A stretch of DNA of 64,000 nt from Ministeria vibrans ATCC 50519 (Eukaryota; Protista; Filasterea): contig CALSCP010001656.1 in NCBI GenBank assembly GCA_943704425.1, forward strand, positions 1-64,000, given 5' to 3'. Below the pieces are notes generated by a model. The model did not search any database, had not been told where the DNA came from, and saw nothing but the letters and a program-made list of their open reading frames with translations. The position numbers were made by a program, and so were the translations under genes. Shown here piece after piece: positions 63,992-64,000 of the stretch. Positions within the stretch are counted from its first letter, which is position 1. Each line of letters begins with the position of its first letter.

Positions 63992-64000
63992 TGCACAGAA

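Overview
Gene-dense, intron-rich eukaryotic DNA with about 26 genes in 64 kb. Most introns are short GT-AG introns, often filled with (GA)n, (GT)n or (TAA)n microsatellites, and there are two N gaps. Centriolar/ciliary genes (CNTRL, MAK, MKS1), eukaryotic-type HIS6 and animal-like genes (FAM151, ERLEC1, CNPY, PA-RING) suggest a flagellated unicellular opisthokont/holozoan; this is an inference. Housekeeping genes: SENP6/7-like protease (runs off the left edge), HIS6, epoxide hydrolase, centriolin, ATG1/ULK, NMT, TCAIM-like, FAM151, inositol dehydrogenase, NUP54, ER mannosidase I, MAK, MKS1, RNF13/167, ERLEC1, CNPY and cathepsin B. Most notable: (1) an RNF213/mysterin-like AAA+ fragment antisense inside a mannosidase intron, either nested or mis-assembled; (2) an intronless bacterial-type caspase-fold protein lacking the canonical catalytic His; (3) an APAF1/NWD-like WD40 protein with no visible NTPase and a C-terminal CaaX; (4) a bZIP protein with a triplicated 213-bp zipper module; (5) a secreted TSP1 plus L-domain solenoid protein; (6) recurrent non-periodic motifs embedded in microsatellites, one forming a perfect 29-bp inverted repeat. 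Family assignments come from recalled motifs, not database searches, and exon boundaries were derived by eye.
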